53,194 bases of DNA from Vicinamibacteria bacterium (GTDB lineage Bacteria > Acidobacteriota > Vicinamibacteria > Vicinamibacterales > UBA8438), in NCBI GenBank assembly GCA_963577695.1, contig CAUZAY010000002.1:1-53194 (forward strand), read 5' to 3'. Positions 36,465-43,374 of this stretch are shown piece by piece. A program made the translations under genes and the position numbers. Positions within the stretch are counted from its first letter, which is position 1. Each line of letters opens with the position of its first letter. The notes under the pieces are model-generated. The model saw only the letters and a program-made list of their open reading frames with translations. It was not told the DNA's origin and made no database searches.

Positions 36465-37010
36465 ATGAGTGAGACACCGGCAAGCGGACCAGTCACACGG
36501 TCGTATCGACAACCGGCCGTCATCGGCTCTGCGGTGGTGGTGGCGCTGCTGGCGCTGGGATTCCTGGGCTGGTCGTATACCTGTCCATGCGATCGCGCTC
36601 CGGGCGCCTACCTCTTCGGTACCGCGGCCGAGGCGCCGGTCAACGACTGGGCATTCGCCAATCAGGTGCCGCTGTGCCAGATCCAGATCAGCGTCGGCCT
36701 CCTGCCGCACGCCATCAATCTGAACTGCATGTCCACGCCCACCGGACACCTGTATCTGAGCTGCTCACAGTGCGGCACCAAACGGTGGTCGAACGCGGCC
36801 GTCGAGAATGGTAGGGCCAGACTCCGGCTGAACGGGACCGTCTACCCCGTGACGGTCAGACGAGTTCTGGATCCGGCCGAGCTCGACCAGGCCTGGCGTG
36901 CGAGGGTGGCCAAACTCCAGCAGATGGCCGCCGCGGACAACCCCGCGCCGCCGGCCGACGCGCGGCGCCCAGACGGCTGGTGGTCATTCCGCGTCCAGTC
37001 TCGGACCTAG
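36465..37010 (+). CDS. Hypothetical N-terminally anchored, Cys-rich protein downstream of fbiC
   Basis: 181 aa, 14 nt after fbiC, RBS GGGAGG. One TM helix (VIGSAVVVALLALGFLGW). The C-terminal half (GHLYLSCSQCGTKRWSNAAVENGRARLRLNGTVYPVTVRRVLDPAELDQAW) loosely recalls split-beta-barrel deazaflavin/PNPOx-like proteins, but this is a weak impression. Confidence 0.45.
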   Translation: MSETPASGPVTRSYRQPAVIGSAVVVALLALGFLGWSYTCPCDRAPGAYLFGTAAEAPVNDWAFANQVPLCQIQISVGLLPHAINLNCMSTPTGHLYLSCSQCGTKRWSNAAVENGRARLRLNGTVYPVTVRRVLDPAELDQAWRARVAKLQQMAAADNPAPPADARRPDGWWSFRVQSRT

Positions 37011-37115
37011 ATTTTCTGACGAGGCGTCTGCGTGGCAAAGCGCAAGGAGGGAGCAGCCAGGCGGGCTGTGACCGACGAAGCAACGCTGTCCACACGGACG
37101 CCTCGTCGGAAAACC
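37011..37115. repeat. Inverted-repeat element, copy 1 (family shared with 47497-47622)
   Basis: Arms TTTTCTGACGAGGCGTC (37012-37028) and GACGCCTCGTCGGAAAA (37097-37113) are complementary at 16/17. The core GACCGACGAAGCAACGCTGTCCACACGGACGCCTCG is near-identical to copy 2. It fills the gap between convergent stops (37010 and 37120). Confidence 0.5.
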
Positions 37116-37119
37116 AGGC

Positions 37120-37650
37120 TCACGCGCGGCGGGCTGCGGTGGCGCGGTCCACGATAGAGACGAGCGTGGACACGACCAGCGCGTAGCTGGCTAAGCGGGC
37201 GGTCAGCGTCAATATCGATGTCAGTGCGGGCCCCAGGTCGATACGTGCGCCGGCGAGCAGCACCAGCGGGACGAAGTAGCCCACGCCGTTCCATCGTCCG
37301 ATCGCGCTCATGCGGAGCCGTTTTTGACGATGTACCCAGTAGGAGTCGAACACATACTGGGCGAAGGCGACGGTGATCAGCACCGGCAGTATCAGTGGAA
37401 CGGCGCCGGCCATGGCAGCGCCAGTCGATCCTGCTGTCACGAACAACCAATCGGTACCGTGGTCGAACACCTGACCAGCCGCTGACGCCGTGCCCTGTCG
37501 ACGGGCCACGATCCCGTCAAGGTAGTCGCTGGCCATCGCTATGCCCAGCAGCCCGGCGAGAAGGCCGGCGCTCAGAAACGCCGGCCGGGCAAACGCGAGG
37601 GCCAACGGCAGTGCCAGCGCCAATCTGACGGCCGTGAGCAGGTGCGCCAC
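37120..37650 (-). CDS. CDP-alcohol phosphatidyltransferase family protein
   Basis: 176 aa. Exact signature DYLDGIVARRQGTASAAGQVFDHGTD (D-x2-DG-x2-AR-x8-G-x3-D-x3-D). Multi-TM. Confidence 0.8.
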   Translation of the reverse strand: MAHLLTAVRLALALPLALAFARPAFLSAGLLAGLLGIAMASDYLDGIVARRQGTASAAGQVFDHGTDWLFVTAGSTGAAMAGAVPLILPVLITVAFAQYVFDSYWVHRQKRLRMSAIGRWNGVGYFVPLVLLAGARIDLGPALTSILTLTARLASYALVVSTLVSIVDRATAARRA

Positions 37651-37656
37651 GGTCGA

Positions 37657-38643
37657 CTACCCAAACAGATCACGTTGCGCCCGACGCCAGAACGCCACGC
37701 CGATCAGCGCGTTGAACAAGATGAAGAAGTTGTGCTGCACGAATCCGAACGCCGCCATCTGTCCCTCGTTCTCGGGAAACAAGATGACCCAGAACGTGAT
37801 GGCGGCCGCACGCATCGGGGTGGGCACGGCCGCGGCGAAGAAGATGACGGGAAGATAGCCGAGCAGCGAGAGAAAGGACGCGTCGATACCAAACAGGCGC
37901 AATGCGATGGTGTAGACGACCACGGCGGACAGCAGCGCGGGCGAGCGCAGCAACAGAAACAGCGCATAGTGTTTGAGCCTGGCCATCTTGAAAGCGTGAA
38001 GGATCGGCTTCTCCCGCAGCTGGTTGCCAGGCAGGATCGTGCCCCGGAAATACAGGACCCACAGGGCGAACACCACCACGGCGGCGGCCGCGATGTAGGG
38101 GATGAGTCCGAAGACCTCCGGCAACGCGGCGCCGCTGAAGACGAACCCGACCGTGGCCCAGGTCAGCAGGTAGAACACCTCGCAGAACATGACGAACAGC
38201 ATCACCGAACCGACTTCCCACCCCGGCACGCCGTCACGCTTGTTCAGGTAGTAGGCCATCGCGCCTTTCCCGATCTGTTCGTTGAAGATCGAGATGATGT
38301 AGGCGCTGGCGCGGATGGGCAGGATGTCCCGGTATCGGATCGGTTTGATGAACCAGGTCAGCGCGCGAGTGGCGACCAGGGTGTCGATCAGAAAGTAGAA
38401 CCCCGAGTAGGCGACCATCAGCCCGATCCAGGGCACCCATTGCACGGTGTCGAACACCTGCACCATGTAATCGACGAGTGAGAGCCCTTCACGAGCCGCG
38501 GCCCCGTTCAGACGGTAGTACAGGTAGGCGAAACACGCGAGGCTGAGAGCGACGAAGCCCAGGCGACCGGCCATCCCGCGGCTGGGGCGTGGCCCTCCCG
38601 GTGGCGCGTCCGGTGCGGGGGGCTCGGTTTGGCGCGCGGTCAT
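37657..38643 (-). CDS. UPF0104 / lysyl-PG-synthase-TM-like (flippase-like) membrane protein
   Basis: 328 aa, ~8 TM helices, overlaps the upstream gene by ATGA. Family assignment is by overall look only. Confidence 0.55.
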   Translation of the reverse strand: MTARQTEPPAPDAPPGGPRPSRGMAGRLGFVALSLACFAYLYYRLNGAAAREGLSLVDYMVQVFDTVQWVPWIGLMVAYSGFYFLIDTLVATRALTWFIKPIRYRDILPIRASAYIISIFNEQIGKGAMAYYLNKRDGVPGWEVGSVMLFVMFCEVFYLLTWATVGFVFSGAALPEVFGLIPYIAAAAVVVFALWVLYFRGTILPGNQLREKPILHAFKMARLKHYALFLLLRSPALLSAVVVYTIALRLFGIDASFLSLLGYLPVIFFAAAVPTPMRAAAITFWVILFPENEGQMAAFGFVQHNFFILFNALIGVAFWRRAQRDLFG

Positions 38644-39542
38644 GAGTCGTGATCCTTCAGCTTGGCCAACGTGTCCGACAACGGCGTGAGTGTGATTCCC
38701 AGGTCGGCGTCGGCGTTGTGGGTGACCATCTCATCCGAGGTGATGACATCGATCACCGTCGGCGTCATGCCGCCGGTGCGTGTGAGCCTAACGAGACCGG
38801 CGCCGAACCTGGCCAGCCAGACCGGCGTCGAGCCGACCGTGAGCTCGTGCCCCTGTAGCCCCGCCATCTGTTCGAGCAGTTCCCGATACGTGAGGGTGGT
38901 CGGCCCCACGAGCTCGAGCGTCCTCACGCCCGGGACCGGCCGTTGCGTGCAGGCACAGATACCGTGGCACAGATCGTCGACGTCGAGCGGGCGCAGCCGG
39001 TGCGCCCCGCCACCCAGCACTCTGACCGACGACTGCAACGCCGTGCGAAACAACGCGCGGCCGCCGGACGTGTCGGGCCCCAAGAGCAGCGGCGTCCGGA
39101 TGATGGTGGCGTCCATGGTCACGGCGCTGACAACCTTCTCAGCCTCGCCCTTGGAACGAAAATATCCGTTGGTCGAGTCCGGGTCGGCGCCCAGCGAGCT
39201 GATGAACACGACCTGGCCCACGCCGGTCGCTTGCGCCGCCGCGACGAGCGCCCGGGTAGTGCCCACGTTGGCGGTCTGATAGTCGGTGGCCTTGCTCTCG
39301 AAGAGAACGCCGGCAAGATGCACGACACAGTCGACGTCGCGCAGCGCGGCGGTCAGGCTCTCGGGCCGGTCGTAGCCGATGATCGCGGGGGTCAGTCGGG
39401 GTGAACGAGGGAGTCCCTCCAGCGCCTTGGTGGAGCGCACCCCGGCCACGACACGAATGTCGCCCTGGCCAAGCAAACGGGTCAGCAGTACGGTACCCAC
39501 GGAGCTGTTCGCCCCGGTGACCGCCACGCTCACGCTACCCAT
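38640..39542 (-). CDS. NAD(P)-binding atypical SDR (NmrA/epimerase-like)
   Basis: 300 aa. Rossmann start VAVTGANSSVGTVLLTRLL. First gene of a three-gene overlapping set with 37657 and 37120. Confidence 0.75.
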   Translation of the reverse strand: MGSVSVAVTGANSSVGTVLLTRLLGQGDIRVVAGVRSTKALEGLPRSPRLTPAIIGYDRPESLTAALRDVDCVVHLAGVLFESKATDYQTANVGTTRALVAAAQATGVGQVVFISSLGADPDSTNGYFRSKGEAEKVVSAVTMDATIIRTPLLLGPDTSGGRALFRTALQSSVRVLGGGAHRLRPLDVDDLCHGICACTQRPVPGVRTLELVGPTTLTYRELLEQMAGLQGHELTVGSTPVWLARFGAGLVRLTRTGGMTPTVIDVITSDEMVTHNADADLGITLTPLSDTLAKLKDHDS

Positions 39543-39654
39543 GGGACACGGCTACCTAGGGGTCCAGAAGCACACCGACCACGCACCCGGCAACCTGCTT
39601 GATTGTCATGGTGACTCCGCCGCGACCCCAAAGCAGGCGGGGTACGAACTGTCG

Positions 39655-40161
39655 GTGGATTATAGCGGCAGGTGGGCGGCTACTCGCCGGAGCCGGCCGG
39701 CGACCCAACTGGAGGGGGCAGAGCGTCACGCCCGCGACTGCCCCACATGTGGACCAGCACTGGCGGCGGCCCGCGCCGTGGCGCTCGAGCTCGCCGGGCT
39801 ACCGGACGTCCGGCTGCCGGCTGGGCTGACGGCCGGCATCATCACACGCATCGCGCGTCTCGATGACGGCCCGGCGATCCACCATCGCACGGCCGTCGAC
39901 GCGCGGCGGGATCGCCCGACCTGGGCCGCCGTGCTGGCCGGCATCGCCATCGGCATCGGAGTCCCGATCTACCGGATGCTGTCCGGCGAGATTCCACTCA
40001 ACCTGACGTCGACCCGGCTCGGAGGCTGGGAGGAGCGGCTCACCGACATCCCGACGGCGACACCGGCCGTGATCCTGGCGGTGGGACTGCTGCTCTATTT
40101 CGTGGGACTGCTGGCCCCGGTTGATGGCACCGACACGCACCGCACAAGACCACACCGATAG
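39655..40161 (+). CDS. Putative zf-HC2 anti-sigma-factor-like membrane protein (orphan; start uncertain)
   Basis: Exact HxxxCxxC motif (HARDCPTC), then TM helices (WAAVLAGIAIGIGVPIY, AVILAVGLLLYFVGLLA). GTG 39655 was chosen so that His falls at residue 25. No sigma factor gene is adjacent. Confidence 0.35.
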   Translation: MDYSGRWAATRRSRPATQLEGAERHARDCPTCGPALAAARAVALELAGLPDVRLPAGLTAGIITRIARLDDGPAIHHRTAVDARRDRPTWAAVLAGIAIGIGVPIYRMLSGEIPLNLTSTRLGGWEERLTDIPTATPAVILAVGLLLYFVGLLAPVDGTDTHRTRPHR

Positions 40162-40288
40162 CTCGCGATACGCTCGACAGTGGTTGCCTAGCAGCCAGTG
40201 GTGTCCGCAGAGTCGTCTATGATTCTGACCATGCAGCGGCGGTTCGGATCGCACTGTTTGTCGGTGGCCACTACCCTGCAAGGCTCGA

Positions 40289-41302
40289 ATGCAGATACGG
40301 ATCAAAGCGCCCTACCTTGTGTTTCTTGGCGATGAGCCCGAGAGGCTGCACGCCAAGACTGGCGCTGGGATAGCCCACTGGCGCCCGGCGCTGTGTACCG
40401 GCCAGTATCGGCTGCCCGGATCAGGTGTGGATCTGGGTCTTCCGGACATGACCCCCGCCGAGGCCAAAGCGGCTGGCGCGGCGACGATGATCTGGGGCGT
40501 GGCCGGCGTCGGCGGCACCATTCCGCCGCACTGGGTTGCGCCGTTGTTCGAGGCGGCCGCCGCTGGGCTCGACATATGCGCCGGCACCCACTCGTCGCTG
40601 ACGGACGTGCCGGGGCTCGCGGCAGCCGCAAGAGACGGCGGCGTCAGCCTGATCGATGTGCGGTCGCCGCCGGCCGACCTGCCGGTCGGTACCGGGGCGC
40701 AACGGACCGGGAAACGCCTGCTGACAGTCGGCACCGACTGTGTGGTCGGCAAAAAATTTACCGCGCTCTCGATTGCCAAGGAGATGACCGACCGCGGCTG
40801 GAAGGCTGATTTCAGGGCCACCGGTCAGACCGGCATCATGATCGCGGGCGGCGGCATTCCGATCGACGCCGTCGTGTCAGATTTTGTATCTGGTGCGGCC
40901 GAGGTTCTGTCGCCCGACAACGCGGCCGGCCACTGGGACGTCATCGAGGGCCAAGGCGGACTGTTTCACCCTGGCTACGCCGCGGTCACGCTCGGGCTTC
41001 TGCACGGATCGCAACCAGACGCGTTTGTCGTGTGCCACGAGGCCGGGCGGGAATACGTCGCCGCGTTTCCCGACTGCCTCCTGCCGAGCATTCCACACCT
41101 GATCGAACACACGATCGTGTGCGGTAGCGTAACCAACGCCCGCATCCGCTGCGCCGGTGTCAGTATCAATACCTCCGGTTTAGGGGCCGACGCACGGGAC
41201 ACCTACCTGCGCGACCTCTCGAAGTTGACGGGATTGCCATGTGTCGACCCGGTCGCGACCGGCGTTGCACCCATCGTTGACTATCTGGACGAACACTTCT
41301 AA
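40289..41302 (+). CDS. dgcN: DUF1611-family protein (DgcN-like N-acetyltransferase)
   Basis: 337 aa. LLTVGTDCVVGKKFTALSI P-loop-like box and overall DUF1611 pattern. Paired with an enolase-superfamily epimerase, as in described D-glutamate catabolic dgcN-dgcA pairs. Confidence 0.7.
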   Translation: MQIRIKAPYLVFLGDEPERLHAKTGAGIAHWRPALCTGQYRLPGSGVDLGLPDMTPAEAKAAGAATMIWGVAGVGGTIPPHWVAPLFEAAAAGLDICAGTHSSLTDVPGLAAAARDGGVSLIDVRSPPADLPVGTGAQRTGKRLLTVGTDCVVGKKFTALSIAKEMTDRGWKADFRATGQTGIMIAGGGIPIDAVVSDFVSGAAEVLSPDNAAGHWDVIEGQGGLFHPGYAAVTLGLLHGSQPDAFVVCHEAGREYVAAFPDCLLPSIPHLIEHTIVCGSVTNARIRCAGVSINTSGLGADARDTYLRDLSKLTGLPCVDPVATGVAPIVDYLDEHF

Positions 41303-41313
41303 CCGGAGACACC

Positions 41314-42294
41314 GTGCGATACGACACCGCGCTCGAAGTGAAGAGCTGGCCCTTGCGAAAGCCGTTCAAGATTTCGCGTGAGGAACATACGCATGCCGAC
41401 ACACTGATCTGCCGCATCGGGGATGGCACGCACGCGGGCACGGGCGAGGCAGCCGGGGTGACCTACAAAGGCGAAAGCGTCGCATCCATCGCGGCGCAAA
41501 TCGAGGCGGTCGTACCACAACTTGCCTCGGGGATCGGTCGCGACGAGTTGCAGCAGATCATGTCGCCCGGTGGCGCACGCAATGCCGTGGACTGCGCACT
41601 CTGGGATCTCGAAGCAAAGCAGTCCGGGCAAACCGTGTGGCACATGCTCGACTGGCAACCGCACCCGGTGACAACCGTCTACACGGTGGGCCTCGCGTCG
41701 CTGGAGCAGACGGAACAAGACGCGGCCGAGCACCGTGATTTTCCGATTCTCAAAGTGAAAGTGGGTATCGGCGACCCGATCGAGCAGATCACCGCCATTC
41801 GACGAGGTGCCCCCGACGCCGCCATCGTGATCGACGCCAACCAGGCGTGGACTGTCGACGATCTCGACACGTATTCGGCAAGGCTCAAGGCCCTGGGGGT
41901 CGAGATGATCGAGCAGCCGCTTGCGACCGACGACGACGAGGCGCTTCGCGGCTACGAGTCACTGCTTCCGCTATGTGCCGACGAATCCTGCGATTCTCGG
42001 GCAGATCTTGACCGGCTTGGCGGCCTGTACCAGCTCATCAATATCAAGCTGGACAAGACTGGGGGACTCACGGAGGCCGTCGCGCTTGCCGAACAGGCGC
42101 TAGCCATGGGTTTCGACCTCATGGTCGGAAACATGCTCGGATCGTCGCTCGCCATGGCGCCGGCCTATGTAATCGCGCAGCGTTGCAAGTATGTCGACAT
42201 CGACGGCCCGCTCTTGCAGGCAGAAGATTGCGACCATCCCTTGCTGTACGACCATGGTCGCGTCGAACCATTCAGCCGCAAGTTGTGGGGTTAG
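41314..42294 (+). CDS. dgcA: Enolase-superfamily dipeptide/N-acyl amino acid epimerase (DgcA-like)
   Basis: 326 aa, GTG start after GGAG. KVKVG, VIDANQAW, IEQPL and ADES metal-ligand boxes. Confidence 0.8.
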   Translation: MRYDTALEVKSWPLRKPFKISREEHTHADTLICRIGDGTHAGTGEAAGVTYKGESVASIAAQIEAVVPQLASGIGRDELQQIMSPGGARNAVDCALWDLEAKQSGQTVWHMLDWQPHPVTTVYTVGLASLEQTEQDAAEHRDFPILKVKVGIGDPIEQITAIRRGAPDAAIVIDANQAWTVDDLDTYSARLKALGVEMIEQPLATDDDEALRGYESLLPLCADESCDSRADLDRLGGLYQLINIKLDKTGGLTEAVALAEQALAMGFDLMVGNMLGSSLAMAPAYVIAQRCKYVDIDGPLLQAEDCDHPLLYDHGRVEPFSRKLWG

Positions 42295-42302
42295 AGTTCA
42301 GC

Positions 42303-42386
42303 ATGACCGAGTTTGTCGCCATCTTCGACGCCGACCTCGTTGTCCCTCCCCTGTTCCTCAAACGCGGTCTGACCCAGCCGACATAA
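42303..42386 (+). pseudogene. 27-codon fragment of a family-2 glycosyltransferase (DxD region only)
   Basis: MTEFVAIFDADLVVPPLFLKRGLTQPT*. E(F/Y)VA(I/V)FDADxxxPPxFLxR is the DxD block of CESA-like GT2 enzymes. No N- or C-terminal remainder. Confidence 0.35.
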
Positions 42387-42488
42387 TCCAATCACTCTCT
42401 GGAACGGACATGGGAATTTGAGGTCTCCGCCAAGATCGGCGAAGGCGAGATGGGCAGCGCGGATCCGACGGTTGCGGTGTATGTATAA
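42387..42488 (+). pseudogene. Fragment of a Hanks-type Ser/Thr kinase 5' end (Gly-rich loop only)
   Basis: ...WEFEVSAKIGEGEMGSADPTVAVYV*. Nt 42420-42455 match 43411-43446 at 33/36. Preceded by the promoter-like module with CATAAT (42382-42387). Confidence 0.4.
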
Positions 42489-42507
42489 CACATGCATACT
42501 CGTGCAT

Positions 42508-42705
42508 ATGCGAACCACGCTCAATATCGACGACGAACTGCTGGACCGTGCCGCCAAGCTGACGGGCACGAGCGAGAAGACGGCGCTCGTGCGCCGAGGA
42601 CTTGAAGCCCTGATCGCGCAGGAGAGTGCTCGCCGCCTTGCCGCCCTCGGGAGTACAGAACCGCAGCTCAAGCCCATTCCACGACGCCGGTCTCCGGCAG
42701 CCTGA
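42508..42705 (+). CDS. vapB: VapB-family antitoxin (MRTTLxIDDELL type)
   Basis: Trimmed to ATG 42508. MRTTLNIDDELLDRAAKLTGTSEKTALVRRGLEALI. ATGA-type overlap with vapC. Confidence 0.8.
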   Translation: MRTTLNIDDELLDRAAKLTGTSEKTALVRRGLEALIAQESARRLAALGSTEPQLKPIPRRRSPAA

Positions 42706-43070
42706 TGACGCTGGTGGACACGTCGGTCTGGGTCGACCATCTGCGACGCCGTAACGACCGCCTTGCCGGTCTGCTGGACCACGCACGCGTACTCTGTCAT
42801 CCGTTCATCATCGGAGAACTGGCGTGCGGCAACCTGACCGAACGCGACCGCATTCTCCGCCTGCTCGGTGCTCTCCCCGGGGTGCCCCTTGCCGAGCATG
42901 AGGAAGTCCTCGAACTCGCAGGCGCACACAAGCTCCATGGCCACGGCCTCGGCTGGATCGACATGCACCTGTTGGCGTCGACGCTTCTGGCCGGGTGTGG
43001 GTTGTGGACTCTGGACCGGAGACTTGAAGCCACCGCCCTGCGAATGGGCGCATCTGTAGCAGCGGAGTGA
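42705..43070 (+). CDS. vapC: PIN-domain toxin VapC
   Basis: 121 aa. [15 protein letters not shown] ... [11 protein letters not shown] ... [11 protein letters not shown]. Confidence 0.85.
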   Translation: MTLVDTSVWVDHLRRRNDRLAGLLDHARVLCHPFIIGELACGNLTERDRILRLLGALPGVPLAEHEEVLELAGAHKLHGHGLGWIDMHLLASTLLAGCGLWTLDRRLEATALRMGASVAAE

Positions 43071-43309
43071 CGGTACCCAACCCTCCGCGGAACAACGTAA
43101 CGGACGCAGCAACGGCGCTCGGCATCAGTCGACAGACCCTGTCGAGCATCGTCAACCGGGCCGGCATCAGTCCGGAGATGGCCGTGCGGCTCTCGCTCGC
43201 CTTCGATACGACTGCAGAGAGCTGGCTGAATCAGCAGGTTCAATACGATCTCTGGCACGCCGAGCGAAAGCGAAAGAAGCTCCGGGTTCAAAAGCTGTCG
43301 GCCGCCTGA
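43067..43309 (+). CDS. higA: Short XRE/HigA-family HTH protein, translationally coupled to vapC
   Basis: GTG 43067 overlaps the vapC stop (GTGA). [56 protein letters not shown] is a HigA-type HTH. The usual N-terminal HPGExL segment appears to be missing ([15 protein letters not shown]). Confidence 0.65.
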   Translation: MTVPNPPRNNVTDAATALGISRQTLSSIVNRAGISPEMAVRLSLAFDTTAESWLNQQVQYDLWHAERKRKKLRVQKLSAA

Positions 43310-43374
43310 CTCGTATCTTCGCTACCACGTGTTCGACAGCCTCGCAGGTACCATCGGCTGATTCTCGTCGACTC

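Noticed and set aside
37011-37115. Idea that the inverted-repeat elements are integron attC sites, given the TA modules and gene fragments nearby.
   Set aside because: There are no RYYYAAC / GTTRRRY core sites at the ends, no intI gene, the flanking genes are convergent rather than co-oriented cassettes, and only two copies lie 10 kb apart.
39541-39654. ATG 39541 as the start of the anti-sigma-like ORF.
   Set aside because: It overlaps the start codon of the divergent SDR gene (39540-39542), leaving no promoter or RBS space, and it would put the HxxxCxxC motif unusually far (residue ~63) from the N-terminus.
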